A DNA stretch of 64,000 nt from Macrostomum lignano (taxonomy: Eukaryota). The notes beneath the pieces are model-generated. The model was not told the origin of the DNA and ran no database searches. It saw only the letters and a program-made list of their open reading frames with translations. The stretch is taken from NCBI GenBank assembly GCA_002269645.1, contig NIVC01002547.1, forward strand, positions 60,849 to 124,848, written 5' to 3'. A program made the translations under genes and the position numbers. The first letter of the stretch is position 1. Every line of letters begins with the position of its first letter. Below are positions 42,238-54,235 of this stretch, one piece after another.

Positions 42238-43184
42238 GTCAGAGGCACGGGCACAATTTCAGTCTCTATTCCAGAAGCCAGCAGCCGAATGACATCGAGC
42301 TGATTCAGAGTTTGTATTTGAATTGATGCGAATTCATGCACACATCAAGCCGCTATTAAGTGTAGTATGAAGCGCGGCATTCTCGTACATGCTTTGCTGG
42401 GCAATCCAGTGTTAAACTGACGTCAATGGTAGAACTGCCAAGCCAAGTGCATTTTTCTTCTCCAGTTAACTAAGAGAATTCCGGATTCAATTTTTCTGCG
42501 CATAGATAGCGCAACGCAGACAAGAAATTTCCCAAGTTATCTTGAACTGCAATTCAAACATATCAAAATGCATTTATGCATTAAGATTAGCAAGTTTCCA
42601 GCTTTTTACAAGCTTTTAACACGAAAACAAGTATAGTTTTTTATTGAAATCAGATCAACTCCAAATGCTCATCTTTAAACCTGACTTGCATATGCATGTA
42701 TAGAATTTGTGTGAATTACAGACATGCCCTAAACCAAATGAACTCTTAAAATAGCACGGCATGATCTTTTATTTTGGTTCCTTCTAAAGCAAGTTCCGCA
42801 TGTCTTCAATATGCATTTCAATGCCCGTTTGTTTTCAGATATGTAAAAATTCAATTCAGTGCCAGACATTTCAGTGCAAAATACAGACAGGCAGGTCATG
42901 TTAAAAGTTTTTATCCGATTTCAACAAACAACTCCGTATTTTTGTGTTGGAATTTCCCATCTCGGTCAGCTTTCAGCCTTCAAAAGTTTTCTAAAGAAAC
43001 TAAGCATCCCATCTGCCTGCTTGAGTCTTCCTTGCTTGGCGTTTCCCCAATTGAAAAAGCGGAGTTCTATCAAGCTAATGAGAACACATATGAGTACAGA
43101 CTAGCCTAAAAGGTATAATGTGCAGTACAATGTGCATCAACTTCATCCAATCCAATCGCTGAACGGCAGCTGGGTTCGGCTGGT

Positions 43185-46100
43185 TCACGAGTTGTCCGCA
43201 ATGGTCTTGTCAATCCAGTTCCTGAAGTACGGCACGTGGGTGTACACTCCCGGCGAGTTGGGCTCGGCGCATCCGTTGCCGAAGGAGGTGATGCCCACCA
43301 CGGTGTGCCGAGCTGTGGGTGGCATTCAGGAGTGCCTTCGGGAGGGGCTGGTACTCGCAGAATTATATTTTTCTCATGTTTTTCAAGTCAAAATTCGGTA
43401 CTGCCTAAGCTTTTAAAATACTCGTATTTTCGATGAAGCGGGGATACTGGCTCCACGGCTATATATTAGATATTATACACTTTCGTGATTTGAGCAGTAT
43501 TCGACCTCCAAGGCTGCGAGTGCAACGCTAACCTGCCTTCATAGTTATAGTAAAGTTATTCAGGTGCTTGCAGGGGTTGTCAGGCTGCTGACTCACCCTC
43601 CCCACTCCTCAGCGGCCCCCTACTCACCCTCCACACTCCTCAGCGGCCCCCTACTCACCCTCCCCACTCCTCAGCGGCCCCCTACTCACCCTCCCCACTC
43701 CTCAGCGGCCCCCTACTCACCCTCCCCACTCCTCAGCGGCCCCCACTCACCCTCCCCACTCCTCAGCGGCCCCCTACTCACCCTCCCCACTCCTCAGCGG
43801 TCCCCCTTCGCGGCAGCGCCGCCGGCCTCAGCGGGTGGTCCGGGGTCGACGATTTTGCAGACCAGCGGGCCGCCAGAGTCGCCCTGGCAGGCGTCGATGC
43901 CGCCCTCTTTGTAGCCGGCGCAGAACATTCGCTCCGTGATGTTCTCGAACTCGTACATGCGGTCGCAGACCTCCCGGCGAATCAGCGGCACCTCGGCCAT
44001 CTGCAGGGCCTCCGGATAGTCAAAGCCTGCAAGGACGAGCTTTGTGTTCAGCGCTGGGAAACCCGAGCCACATCCCACCGTGTAACTTGATTGCGGATTG
44101 CTGAGTTCTCGTATTGGGTGGTCCTTGCTGTGCATGATTTCCCAAGGACCGATTCAATCCAGCAGCTGTTGCCATCTTTCCTTCGTCTCTTCTCCTACAA
44201 CTTACCTCCCCTGGATCCCCAGCCGCTGATGAGGCACTTGGAGGTTGGATCATAGTTCATCGGCTGGTTCTGCCGAGGCAGGCAGGCGGGCTGGACGCCC
44301 GCGTTGAACTCCAGGTAGCCGCGGCTGTCCGGCTTGATGCGCAGCAGGCTGATGTCGAAGTCGTAGGCCGGCGGGCCCGTGTACCGCTCGTGCTGGATCA
44401 GCAGGTCCACATCGAACTCGCGCTCGTACTGATCGGGCGCCGTGTTGTTCCAGTCGCCTGCGCGCACCACAAAGGCGGACTTTGGCATGCTGAGGGCGAT
44501 TGGGTGGTGCGGAGTGGGGAGGGTGCGGAGTGGGATATTTGCAGATTGGTGGGTGAGGCGGCACTCACTTGGCGTAGGGGAAGCAGTGGGCGGCGGACAG
44601 AATCCAGCGATCGGACAAGATGGTGCCGCCGCACCAGGCAGAGCTGCTGGGCAGCTTGATGTCCTTGCGCAGTCCGGCGGGCCGGATCACCTTCTTCCTG
44701 ATGGCGACCTGCCATGGCACCTCCGTGATGCCAGAGTTGCGGCCGCCACCGATGCGGTAGAAGCTGTAGGGGGCCAGGCGCTTGCCGCATATCTCTGAGT
44801 AGTCTGCAGCGAGTGTGAGGGGTGATGTCTGTCAGGATCTGTTATGCCCTGTCATGAAAAGCACACAGCGGATTTGTAGGCTCAAAGAAGGCAGGTTTTT
44901 GCTATGTAGGAATTAAGTACGATGATGTGCTGATAGATAGCAAACAGGAAGACTGCATTATTTTCTCTAGGATGCTTATAATTTATCCTCTTTTAAGCTG
45001 AGATGCGAGACAAGTCTATAGCTCCAAACGGTCACAAGAAACTAAAAGGCAAAGCCCAGATAAGCAGAGCCGGGTAACAGACTTGAGCAACGCTCACCCG
45101 TCTGCGGCGCCTGGGTGGTTTCCGGGTCGGTGACCTCAGGCAGGCCGCACAACAGCTGCACTGCCTCATCTATCGAGCAGGTGGACTCGCCCCAGTCTCT
45201 GAGGCTGCAGTCGAACAGCGAGGCCTCGGTGCCCTCGCAGCGAATGTCCTGCAGCCACATCACCACGCCAGCTGGAGTGCTGAATTGCCCGCGCTGTGCC
45301 AGCGCCCCCTGCCTGGGATGCCCAGGTGGCGGCAGACGACCTTCACCTCCTCGTCCGAGAAGTGATCGTCGCACACGACGCCCTGGATGCCGCCGCGGGA
45401 GATCTCCACGACACCCGCCGTTCTGTTGTGCGACAGAGTCACGTCTGCGGCGCGGGGGAAATGCGGCTGTGCAATTTGGCCTGCAGCAACTCAGGACACC
45501 TGCAGCCCCTGCCACTCATCACTCAGGACACCTGTACCTGCAGCCCCTGCCACTCATCACTCAGGACACCTGTACCTGCAGCCCCTGCCACTCATCACTC
45601 AGGACACCTGTACTTGCAGCCCCTGCCACTCATCACTCAGGACACCTGTACCTGCAGCCCCTGCCACTCATCACTCAGGACACCTGTACCTGCAGCCCCT
45701 GCCACTCATCACTCAGGACACCTGTACCTGCAGCCCCTGCCACTCATCACTCAGGACACCTGTACCTGCAGCCCCTGCCACTCATCACTCAGGACACCTG
45801 TACCTGCAGCCCCTGCCACTCATCACTCAGGACACCTGTACCTGCAGCCCCTGCCACTCATCACTCAGGACACCTGTACCTGCAGCCCTTGCCACTCATC
45901 ACTCAGGACACCTGTACCTGCAGCCCCTGCCACTCATCACTCAGGACACCTGTACCTGCAGCCCTTGCCACTCATCACTCAGGACACCTGTACCTGCAGC
46001 CCCTGCCACTCATCACTCAGGACACCTGTACCTGCAGCCCTTGACACTCACTCAGGACACCTGTACCTGCAGCCCTTGACACTCACTCAGGACACCTGTA

Positions 46101-49100
46101 CCTGCAGCCCTTGCCACTCATCACTCAGGACACCTGTACCTGCAGCCCCTGCCACTCATCACTCAGGACACCTGTACCTGCAGCCCTTGACACTCACTCA
46201 GGATGTCCCTGCAGCCCCTGCCACTCACTCAGGATGTCCGTCAGTCCCCCTGGTACTCACTCAGGATGTCCGTCAGTCCCCCTGGTACTCACTCAGGATG
46301 TCCGTCAGTCCCCCTGGTACTCACTCAGGATGTCCGTCAGTCCCCCTGGTACTCACTCAGGATGTCGCACTCGGTCTCGTCCCAGCCGTCCGAGCAGTCG
46401 GGGACACCGTCGCACATTTTCGACAAAGGAAAGCAGCGACTGTCGCAGCGGACCTCGTGCATGCTGCAGGCTGAAAAGTCAATTCAGAGATTGCGATTGC
46501 TACGAGCTGACTTGAAAGATTGCAAATATTGCTTCAGGGCGCCTCTCGAAAGATCCATAACCAGGTATGTTGGCCTGCCTTACAAGCACTCACGCCTGTC
46601 TATCAAGCAGATGAGCCCGGCCACATTCTTGACGCTGCAGGCGCCGCTGTCGCCCCAAGGCCGGTGGGCGCAGTCCGTGATGTTCTTGGCTCCGGGGCTG
46701 CAGTGGACACCACTGAGGATGAAGCCGCCGGTTCCGCGACCGAACTGCTGCCAGGCATTCAGGATGAAGCGCTCGTGGCCGGGGTAGCCCAGCTGCTGGC
46801 AGATCACGTCGGCCATGGCAGCGTTCAGCCCATCATCGCAGACGAGGCCGCGCTGGTTGAACAGGCGAATCTCGATGCGGCCCTCGTGGTTGTCCGAGCC
46901 GCCACTCAGCACCAGCTCGTAGTTTTTGGCCGGGTCTGCGGGCCCAGAGATTCGATGGGAACGGGTACTGGCCGCATCTCAGACTGGGAGAGACCGAGTT
47001 CTGGCGGCATCTCAGACTGGGAGAGACCGAGTTCTGGCGGCATCTCAGACTGGGAGAGACCGAGTTCTGGCGGCATCTCAGACTGGGAGAGACCGAGTTC
47101 TGGCGGCATCTCAGACTGGGAGAGACCGAGTTCTGGCGGCATCTCAGACTGGGAGAGACCGAGTTCTGGCGGCATCTCAGACTGGGAGAGACCGGGTTCT
47201 GGCGGCATCTCAGACTGGGAGAGACCGAGTTCTGGCGGCATCTCAGACTGGGAGAGACCGAGTTCTGGCGGCATCTCAGACTGGGAGAGACCGAGTTCTG
47301 GCGGCATCTCAGACTGGGAGAGACCGGGTTCTGGCGGCATCTCAGACTGGGAGAGACCGAGTTCTGGCGGCATCTCAGACTGGGAGAGACCGGGTTCTGG
47401 CGGCATCTCAGACTGGGAGAGACCGGGTTCTGGCGGCATCTCAGACTGGGAGAGACCGGGTTCTGGCGGCATCTCAGACTGGGAGAGACCGGGTTCTGGC
47501 GGCATCTCAGACTGGGAGAGACCGGGTTCTGGCGGCATCTCAGACTGGGAGAGACCGGGTTCTGGCGGCATCTCAGACGGGAGAGACCGAGTTCTGGCGG
47601 CATCTCAGACTGGGAGAGACCGAGTTCTGGCGGCATCTCAGACTGGGAGAGACCGAGTTCTGGCGGCATCTCAGACTGGGAGAGACCGAGTTCTGGCGGC
47701 ATCTCAGACTGGGAGAGACCGAGTTCTGGCGGCATCTCAGACTGGGAGAGACCGAGTTCTGGCGGCATCTCAGACTGGGAGAGACCGGGTTCTGGCGGCA
47801 ATAAAAAACCAAGATCTCAAATCTCACCCTTCCCGCAGCGACTGTTGATCTCGTCAGAGAAGTCTCCGCAATCGTCAAAGCCGTTGCAGGCCTGCGATTT
47901 TTTCACGCAATGACTGTTGTTGCAGAGGAAGTCGTCAGCGTCATTGCAAGCTGGGGTTGAGGAGTTGGTTTATTGAGAGTGCGACTCTTGAGCTAATAAT
48001 AAAGTGTCACTGCCTGAAATCCAGCTAATAATAAACTGTCACTGCCTGAGATCCAGCTAACAATAAACTGTCACTGCCTGAGATCCAGCTAACAATAAAC
48101 TGTCACTGCCTGAAATCCAGCTAATAATAAATTGTCACTGCCTGAAATCCAGCTAATAATAAAGTGCCACTGCCTGAGATCCAGCTAACAATAAACTGTC
48201 ACTGCCTGAGATCCAGCTAACAATAAACTGTCACTGCCTGAGATCCAGCTAACAATAAACTGTCACTACCTGAGATCCAGCTAACAATAAACTGTCACTG
48301 CCTGAGATCCAGCTAACAATAAACTGTCACTGCCTGAGATCTCTTTTCAATCGATCGCTGACAGCCGTGACTGCACCATAGTTTTGAGCCATATCCAACG
48401 GACGAGTCCCAAGCCCCAGCCCGCTCTCACTCTCAGGGATCTCGTAGTACTTGGCCTCGATGCTGGGGTCGGCCTTACTGGCCGGGTCTGTTATTCGGCT
48501 TCCCAGCAGGAAGCACTTGGACTGGAAGCGCTGCTCGCCGGTCCGGTAGTAGATGAAGCTCTTGCAGAAGAACTGTTCCAGGCGGTCGCAGTGCTTGGCA
48601 CACTGAAATTCCATGCCAGGGGTTGCTCGCATCCTGCTCACGGGATTTCAGTTTAGAAGCAGCTCCCTGCCATCGCTCACCTGCACCAGAGTCTTCCTGT
48701 AGTAGATCGCCAGCTTGGCGTCGGCGGGGACGCTCGACTCGTCGATGCCAGCCGTCATCTGGAACTCGTTTGCCAGCTCCGCCTCGGCCTCTGCAATTCA
48801 CCGGGCATTCGGAAATCTCAGCCAGCTGAAGATTCGAAGACTCGGGGCTTCTCTCCGTGGGGGGCGGCGGAGCAGCTCAGCGCTAAACGCATCTGACTCT
48901 CGCGTCACGAGCCGTGGGAGTCACACTCAAGGACCAACCCCCAAGGAACACAGGGTGTACATGCCTGCTGATTAGAGAGTCGGGGCCGCTGTACACCCCG
49001 TGTGAGCGTGTCTGTGAGTGCGTGCCTGCTGACTAGAGAGTCGGGGCCGCTGTACACCCGGTGTGAGCGTGTCTGTGAGTGCGTGCCTGCTGACTAGAGA

Positions 49101-52100
49101 GTCGGGGCCGCTGTACACCCTGTGTGAGCGTGTCTGTGAGTGCGTGCCTGCTGACTAGAGAGTCGGGGCCGCTGTACACCCCGTGTGAGCGTGTCTGTGA
49201 GTGCGTGCCTGCGCACAATATCTCAGTGTCGCGCATCGACTTATTTATATTAAAAAATACTCGAGTGCACGCTTCTCTCAGAGCGAACCTCAATCAGACT
49301 CAGCCAGCACAGACTCAGTCAGGACAGACTCAGTCAGCACAGACTCAGTCAGCACAGACTCAGCCAGCACAGACTCAGTCAGCACAGACTCACGGGCCTT
49401 GACGCTCATGCAAGCCTCCTCAGTCTCGTCGTCGCCGAGGTCGCAGTCGGCAAGCCCGTCGCACACCTGGTCCATTGAGATGCACCTGCGGGATCCAGGC
49501 AAGGAATTTCAGTCTTGGCATTGCAGTGCTGCGGGCCTCATTAAACTGGAAGCAATTCTGCGCTGTACTTGTGAAATTTCCTGCAGTAGAAGTGGTCGCT
49601 CGTGCAGGTGTCTGCAATGCGACAGCGGTGTGCACTTGCGAGTTCTTGCCGACGAATCAGGTTTACGTCATAGAAGACTCAGCTTGGCGACTCACAGTTC
49701 CTGCAGAAGGCCTCGTCCTCGTCCTCCTTGCCAACGCAGTCGACGAACCCGTCGCAGACCTGCCGCTCCACTACGCAGCTGCGGGCAGGGCGTCCGAGAC
49801 AAGCATGTTCCAGCCTCACTCACACAGCCTCACTCACGCAGCCTCACTCACACAGCCTCACTCACACAGCCTCACTCACACAGCCTCACTCACACAGCCT
49901 CACTCACACGGCCTCACTCACACAGCCTCACTCACACAGCCTCACTCACACAGCCTCACTCACACAGCCTCACTCACACAGCCTCACTCACACGGGCCGG
50001 TAGCTCAGCATGCTCGGGCAGAAAAAGTCCTCATGCCGGTCGCACTTCTCGTGGCCAAACCCCGGCGTCATCGGCGGTCCCTCCTGCGGCTGCGGCAGCT
50101 CATCCGAGCACTGCCTGAGGCTGCAGTAGCCAAAGACGTTGTTCTTGTTGTCCACCCAGCACCAGGGCTTCGCGTCTCCGTCCGGGTTGCGGCAGAGGCC
50201 GTGGCCGCTGAGACCCGCATTCGGGTAGGTGCTCGGATTGATCAACTGGTTGTCGCCCCACGGCTGGCAGGGCGTGCCTTTGTCGGTTCTGGGGGCGAGG
50301 GAGTCCGCTGTGTGCACTGGCTGTAGCCTGAGATCTGTGTGCTGTAGCCTGAGATCTGTGTGCTGTAGCCTGAGATCTGTGTGCTGTAGCCTGAGATCTG
50401 TGTGCTGTAGCCTGAGATCTGTGTGCTGTAGCCTGAGATCTGTGTGTTTTAGCCTGAGATCTGTGTGCTGTAGCCTGAAGATCTGTGTGCTGTAGCCTGA
50501 GATCTGTGTGCTGTAGCCTGAGATCTGTGTGCTGTAGCCTGAGATCTGTGTGCTGTAGCCTGAGATCTGTGTGTTTTAGCCTGAGATCTGTGTGCTGTAG
50601 CCTGAGATCTGTGTGCTGTAGCCTGAGATCTGTGTGCTGTAGCCTGAGATCTGTGTGTTTTAGCCTGAGATCTGTGTGCTGTAGCCTGAAGATCTGTGTG
50701 CTGTAGCCTGAGATCTGTGTGCTGTAGCCTGAGATCTGTGTGCTGTAGCCTGAGATCTGTGTGCTGTAGCCTGAGATCTGTGTGCTGTAGCCTGAGATCT
50801 GTGTGCTGTAGCCTGAGATCTGTGTGCTGTAGCCTGAGATCTGTGTGCTGTAGCCTGAGATCTGTGTGTTTTAGCCTGAGATCTGTGTGCTGTAGCCTGA
50901 AGATCTGTGTGCTGTAGCCTGAGATCTGTGTGCTGTAGCCTGAAGATCTGTGTGCTGTAGCCTGAGATCTGTGTGCTGTAGCCTGAGATCTGTGTGCTGT
51001 AGCCTGAGATCTGTGTGCTGTAGCCTGAAGATCTGTGTGCTGTAGCCTGAGATCTGTGTGCTGTAGCCTGAGATCTGTGTGCTGTAGCCTGAGATCTGTG
51101 TGCTGTAGCCTGAAGATCTGTGTGCTGTAGCCTGAGATCTGTGTGCTGTAGCCTGAAGATCTGTGTGCTGTAGCCTGAGATCTGTGTGCTGTAGCCTGAG
51201 ATCTGTGTGCTGTAGCCTGAGATCTGTGTGCTGTAGCCTGAAGATCTGTGTGCTGTAGCCTGAGATCTGTGTGCTGTAGCCTGAGATCTGTGTGCTGTAG
51301 CCTGAGATCTGTGTGCTGTAACCTGAGATCTGTGTGCTGTAGCCTGAGATCTGTGTGCTGTAGCCTGAGATCTGTGTGCTGTAGCCTGAAGATCTGTGTG
51401 CTGTAGCCTGAGATCTGTGTGCTGTAGCCTGAAGATCTGTGTGCTGTAGCCTGAGATCTGTGTGCTGTAGCCTGAGATCTGTGTGCTGTAGCCTGAGATC
51501 TGTGTGCTGTAGCCTGAAGATCTGTGTGCTGTAGCCTGAGATCTGTGTGCTGTAGCCTGAGATCTGTGTGCTGTAGCCTGAGATCTGTGTGCTGTAACCT
51601 GAGATCTGTGTGCTGTAGCCTGAGATCTGTGTGCTGTAGCCTAAGATCTGTGTGCTGTAGCCTGAGATCTGTGTGCTGTAGCCTGAGATCTGTGTGCTGT
51701 AGCCTAAGATCTGTGTGCTGTAGCCTGAGATCTGTGTGCTGTAGCCTGAGATCTGTGTGCACTGGCTGGATCCTCATCAAAGCGGGGATCCTCATCAAAG
51801 CGGGGATCCTCATCAAAGCGGGGATCCTCATCAAAGCGGGGATCCTCATCAAAGCGGGGATCCTCATCAAAGCGGGGATCCTCATCAAAGCGGGGATCCT
51901 CATCAAAGCGGGGATCCTCATCAAAGCGGGGATCCTCATCAAAGCGGGGATCCTCATTGTCTCCACCTGGTAGTCGGTGCCGATGCCCTCGTAGCAGTCC
52001 GCGCTGGCCACCGCCAGCTTCTGGCAGACGAAGGGCAGGCGGGTCTTGCAGCTGATGTTGTCCCACCAGAAGTAGTTCACGTCTACATCCCGTCTGCTGC

Positions 52101-54010
52101 GCGGATTCTGGAACAGCTTCGACATGGCGATGCAGGAGCGCTGCTGTGGATCCCCCGCCGGCCTCTGATCGGTGCCGGGCTCGAACCCCGGGAACCACAG
52201 CGGCTGCCGCGCCATATGGATCGTGTCCACGAAGGTCCAGGACGTGTACTGCGAGCCCACGTCCCTGAAGGAGCCGAACTGACCTCCTGTCCACACCGCG
52301 TTGAGTGCTGCAGGTGGTGCGGTAGGTGGCTTGCAGGCCTGACAGTTCGCAAGTCTGACATTTTGCAAGTCTGACATTTTGTAATTCTGAAAGTTCACAA
52401 GTCAGCAAACACCTAACACACTCAGCAGTCATCTGACTCAATCAGCAGTCTTCTGACTGAATCATAAATCATCTGACTCAAATACCAATCATCTGACTCA
52501 ATCCGCTGTCATCTGACTCAATCATAAATCATTTGACTCAATCAGCATTCATCTGACTCAATCATCAATCTCTGACTCAATCATCAGTCATCTGACTCAA
52601 TCAGCAATGATCCGACTCAATAAAAATCAATCATTGACTCAATCAGCAGTCATCTGACTCAATCAGCAGTCATCTGACTCAATCATAAATCATCTGACTC
52701 AATCAGCAATGATCCGACTCAATAAAAATCAATCATTGACTCAATCAGCAGTCATCTGACTCAATCAGCAGTCATCTGACTCAATCAGCAATGATCCGAC
52801 TCAATAAAAATCAATCATTGACTCAATCAGCAGTCATCTGACTCAATCAGCAGTCATCTGACTCAATCATAAATCATCTGACTCAATCAGCAATGATCCG
52901 ACTCAATAAAAATCAATCATTGACTCAATCAGCAGTCATCTGACTCACTCAGCAGTCATCTGACTCAATCATAAATCATCTGTCTCAATCAGAAGTCATC
53001 TGACTCAATCAGAAGTCATCTGACTCAAAAAGCAGTCATCTGACTCAATCCGCTGTCATCTGACTCAATCCGCTGTCATCTGACTCAATCAGAAGTCATC
53101 TGACTCAATCAGAAGTCATCTGACTCAATCCGCTGTCATCTGACTCAATCAGAAGTCATCTGACTCAATCAGAAGTCATCTGACTCAATCAGCAGTCATC
53201 TGACTCAATCAGCAGTCATCTGACTCAATCAGCAGTCACTGACCACATCGAACTGACTCACATCTGAACTTGGTGTACAGCATGTTGGTAATGTAGTTGC
53301 CCTCCTCCAAGGAGTTCACCGACACCAGCTTGGCACCCTTGGCCTGGCAGGCGGTGGCGGCCTCGGTAGCAGTCTTAGGCTCGGTCTCCAGCCGGTAGCA
53401 GAGGCCGTCGAAGCTGGACCAGCCCCAGTCGCAGCCTGCGTTGGGAGACAATGCGATGTCTTCATTTATGAATTGTGAGCTACTAAAGTGCTACTACTAC
53501 TAAAGAAATCAGGTGACTCGAACGAAAGGCAAAGAGAGAGGAAAAGTAAGGGCAGAGCAGGAAGGGCAAGGCAGAAGGGATTGAGAGATGATTACGTAAA
53601 CAAGAGAAAATACAAGAAGAGTGGGAGAGGAATTGGAGGGGAAGGAAAGCGAGAGTCAGGAGAGGAAGAGACAGGAAAGGGAGAGAGGAGAAGGAGAAGA
53701 AGGAAAGGGAGAGTGAGGAGAGGGAGAGGAAGGAAAGGGAGAGTCAGGAGAGGAAGAGACAGGAAAGGGAGAGAGGAGAAGGAGAAGAAGGAAAGGGAGA
53801 GTGAGGAGAGGGAGAGGAAGGAAAGGGAGAGTGAGGAGAGGAAGAGACAGGAAAGGGAGAGAGGAGAAGGAGAAGAAGGAAAGGGAGAGTGAGGAGAGGG
53901 AGAGGAAGGAAAGGGAGAGTGAGGAGAGGAAGAGAGAGGAAAGTAGAGTAAGGAGAGAGAGAGGAAGGAAAGGGAGAGAGGAGAGGAAGAGGAAAGAAAG
54001 GTGGAGAGAT

Positions 54011-54042
<32 letters not shown>

Positions 54043-54171
54043 AAGGAAGGGAGAGTGAGGAGAGAGAGAGGAAGGAAAGGGAGAGAGGAGAGGAAGAGGA
54101 AGGAAGGGAGAGTGAGGAGAGAGAGAGGAAGGAAAGGGAGAGAGGAGAGGAAGAGGAAAGAAAGGTGGAGA

Positions 54172-54235
<64 letters not shown>

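Noticed and set aside
38722-42341. ORFs of 700-1,100 aa on the minus strand
   Set aside because: They are translations of the 37-bp array, open in all three frames by period shift, with no domain or codon bias.
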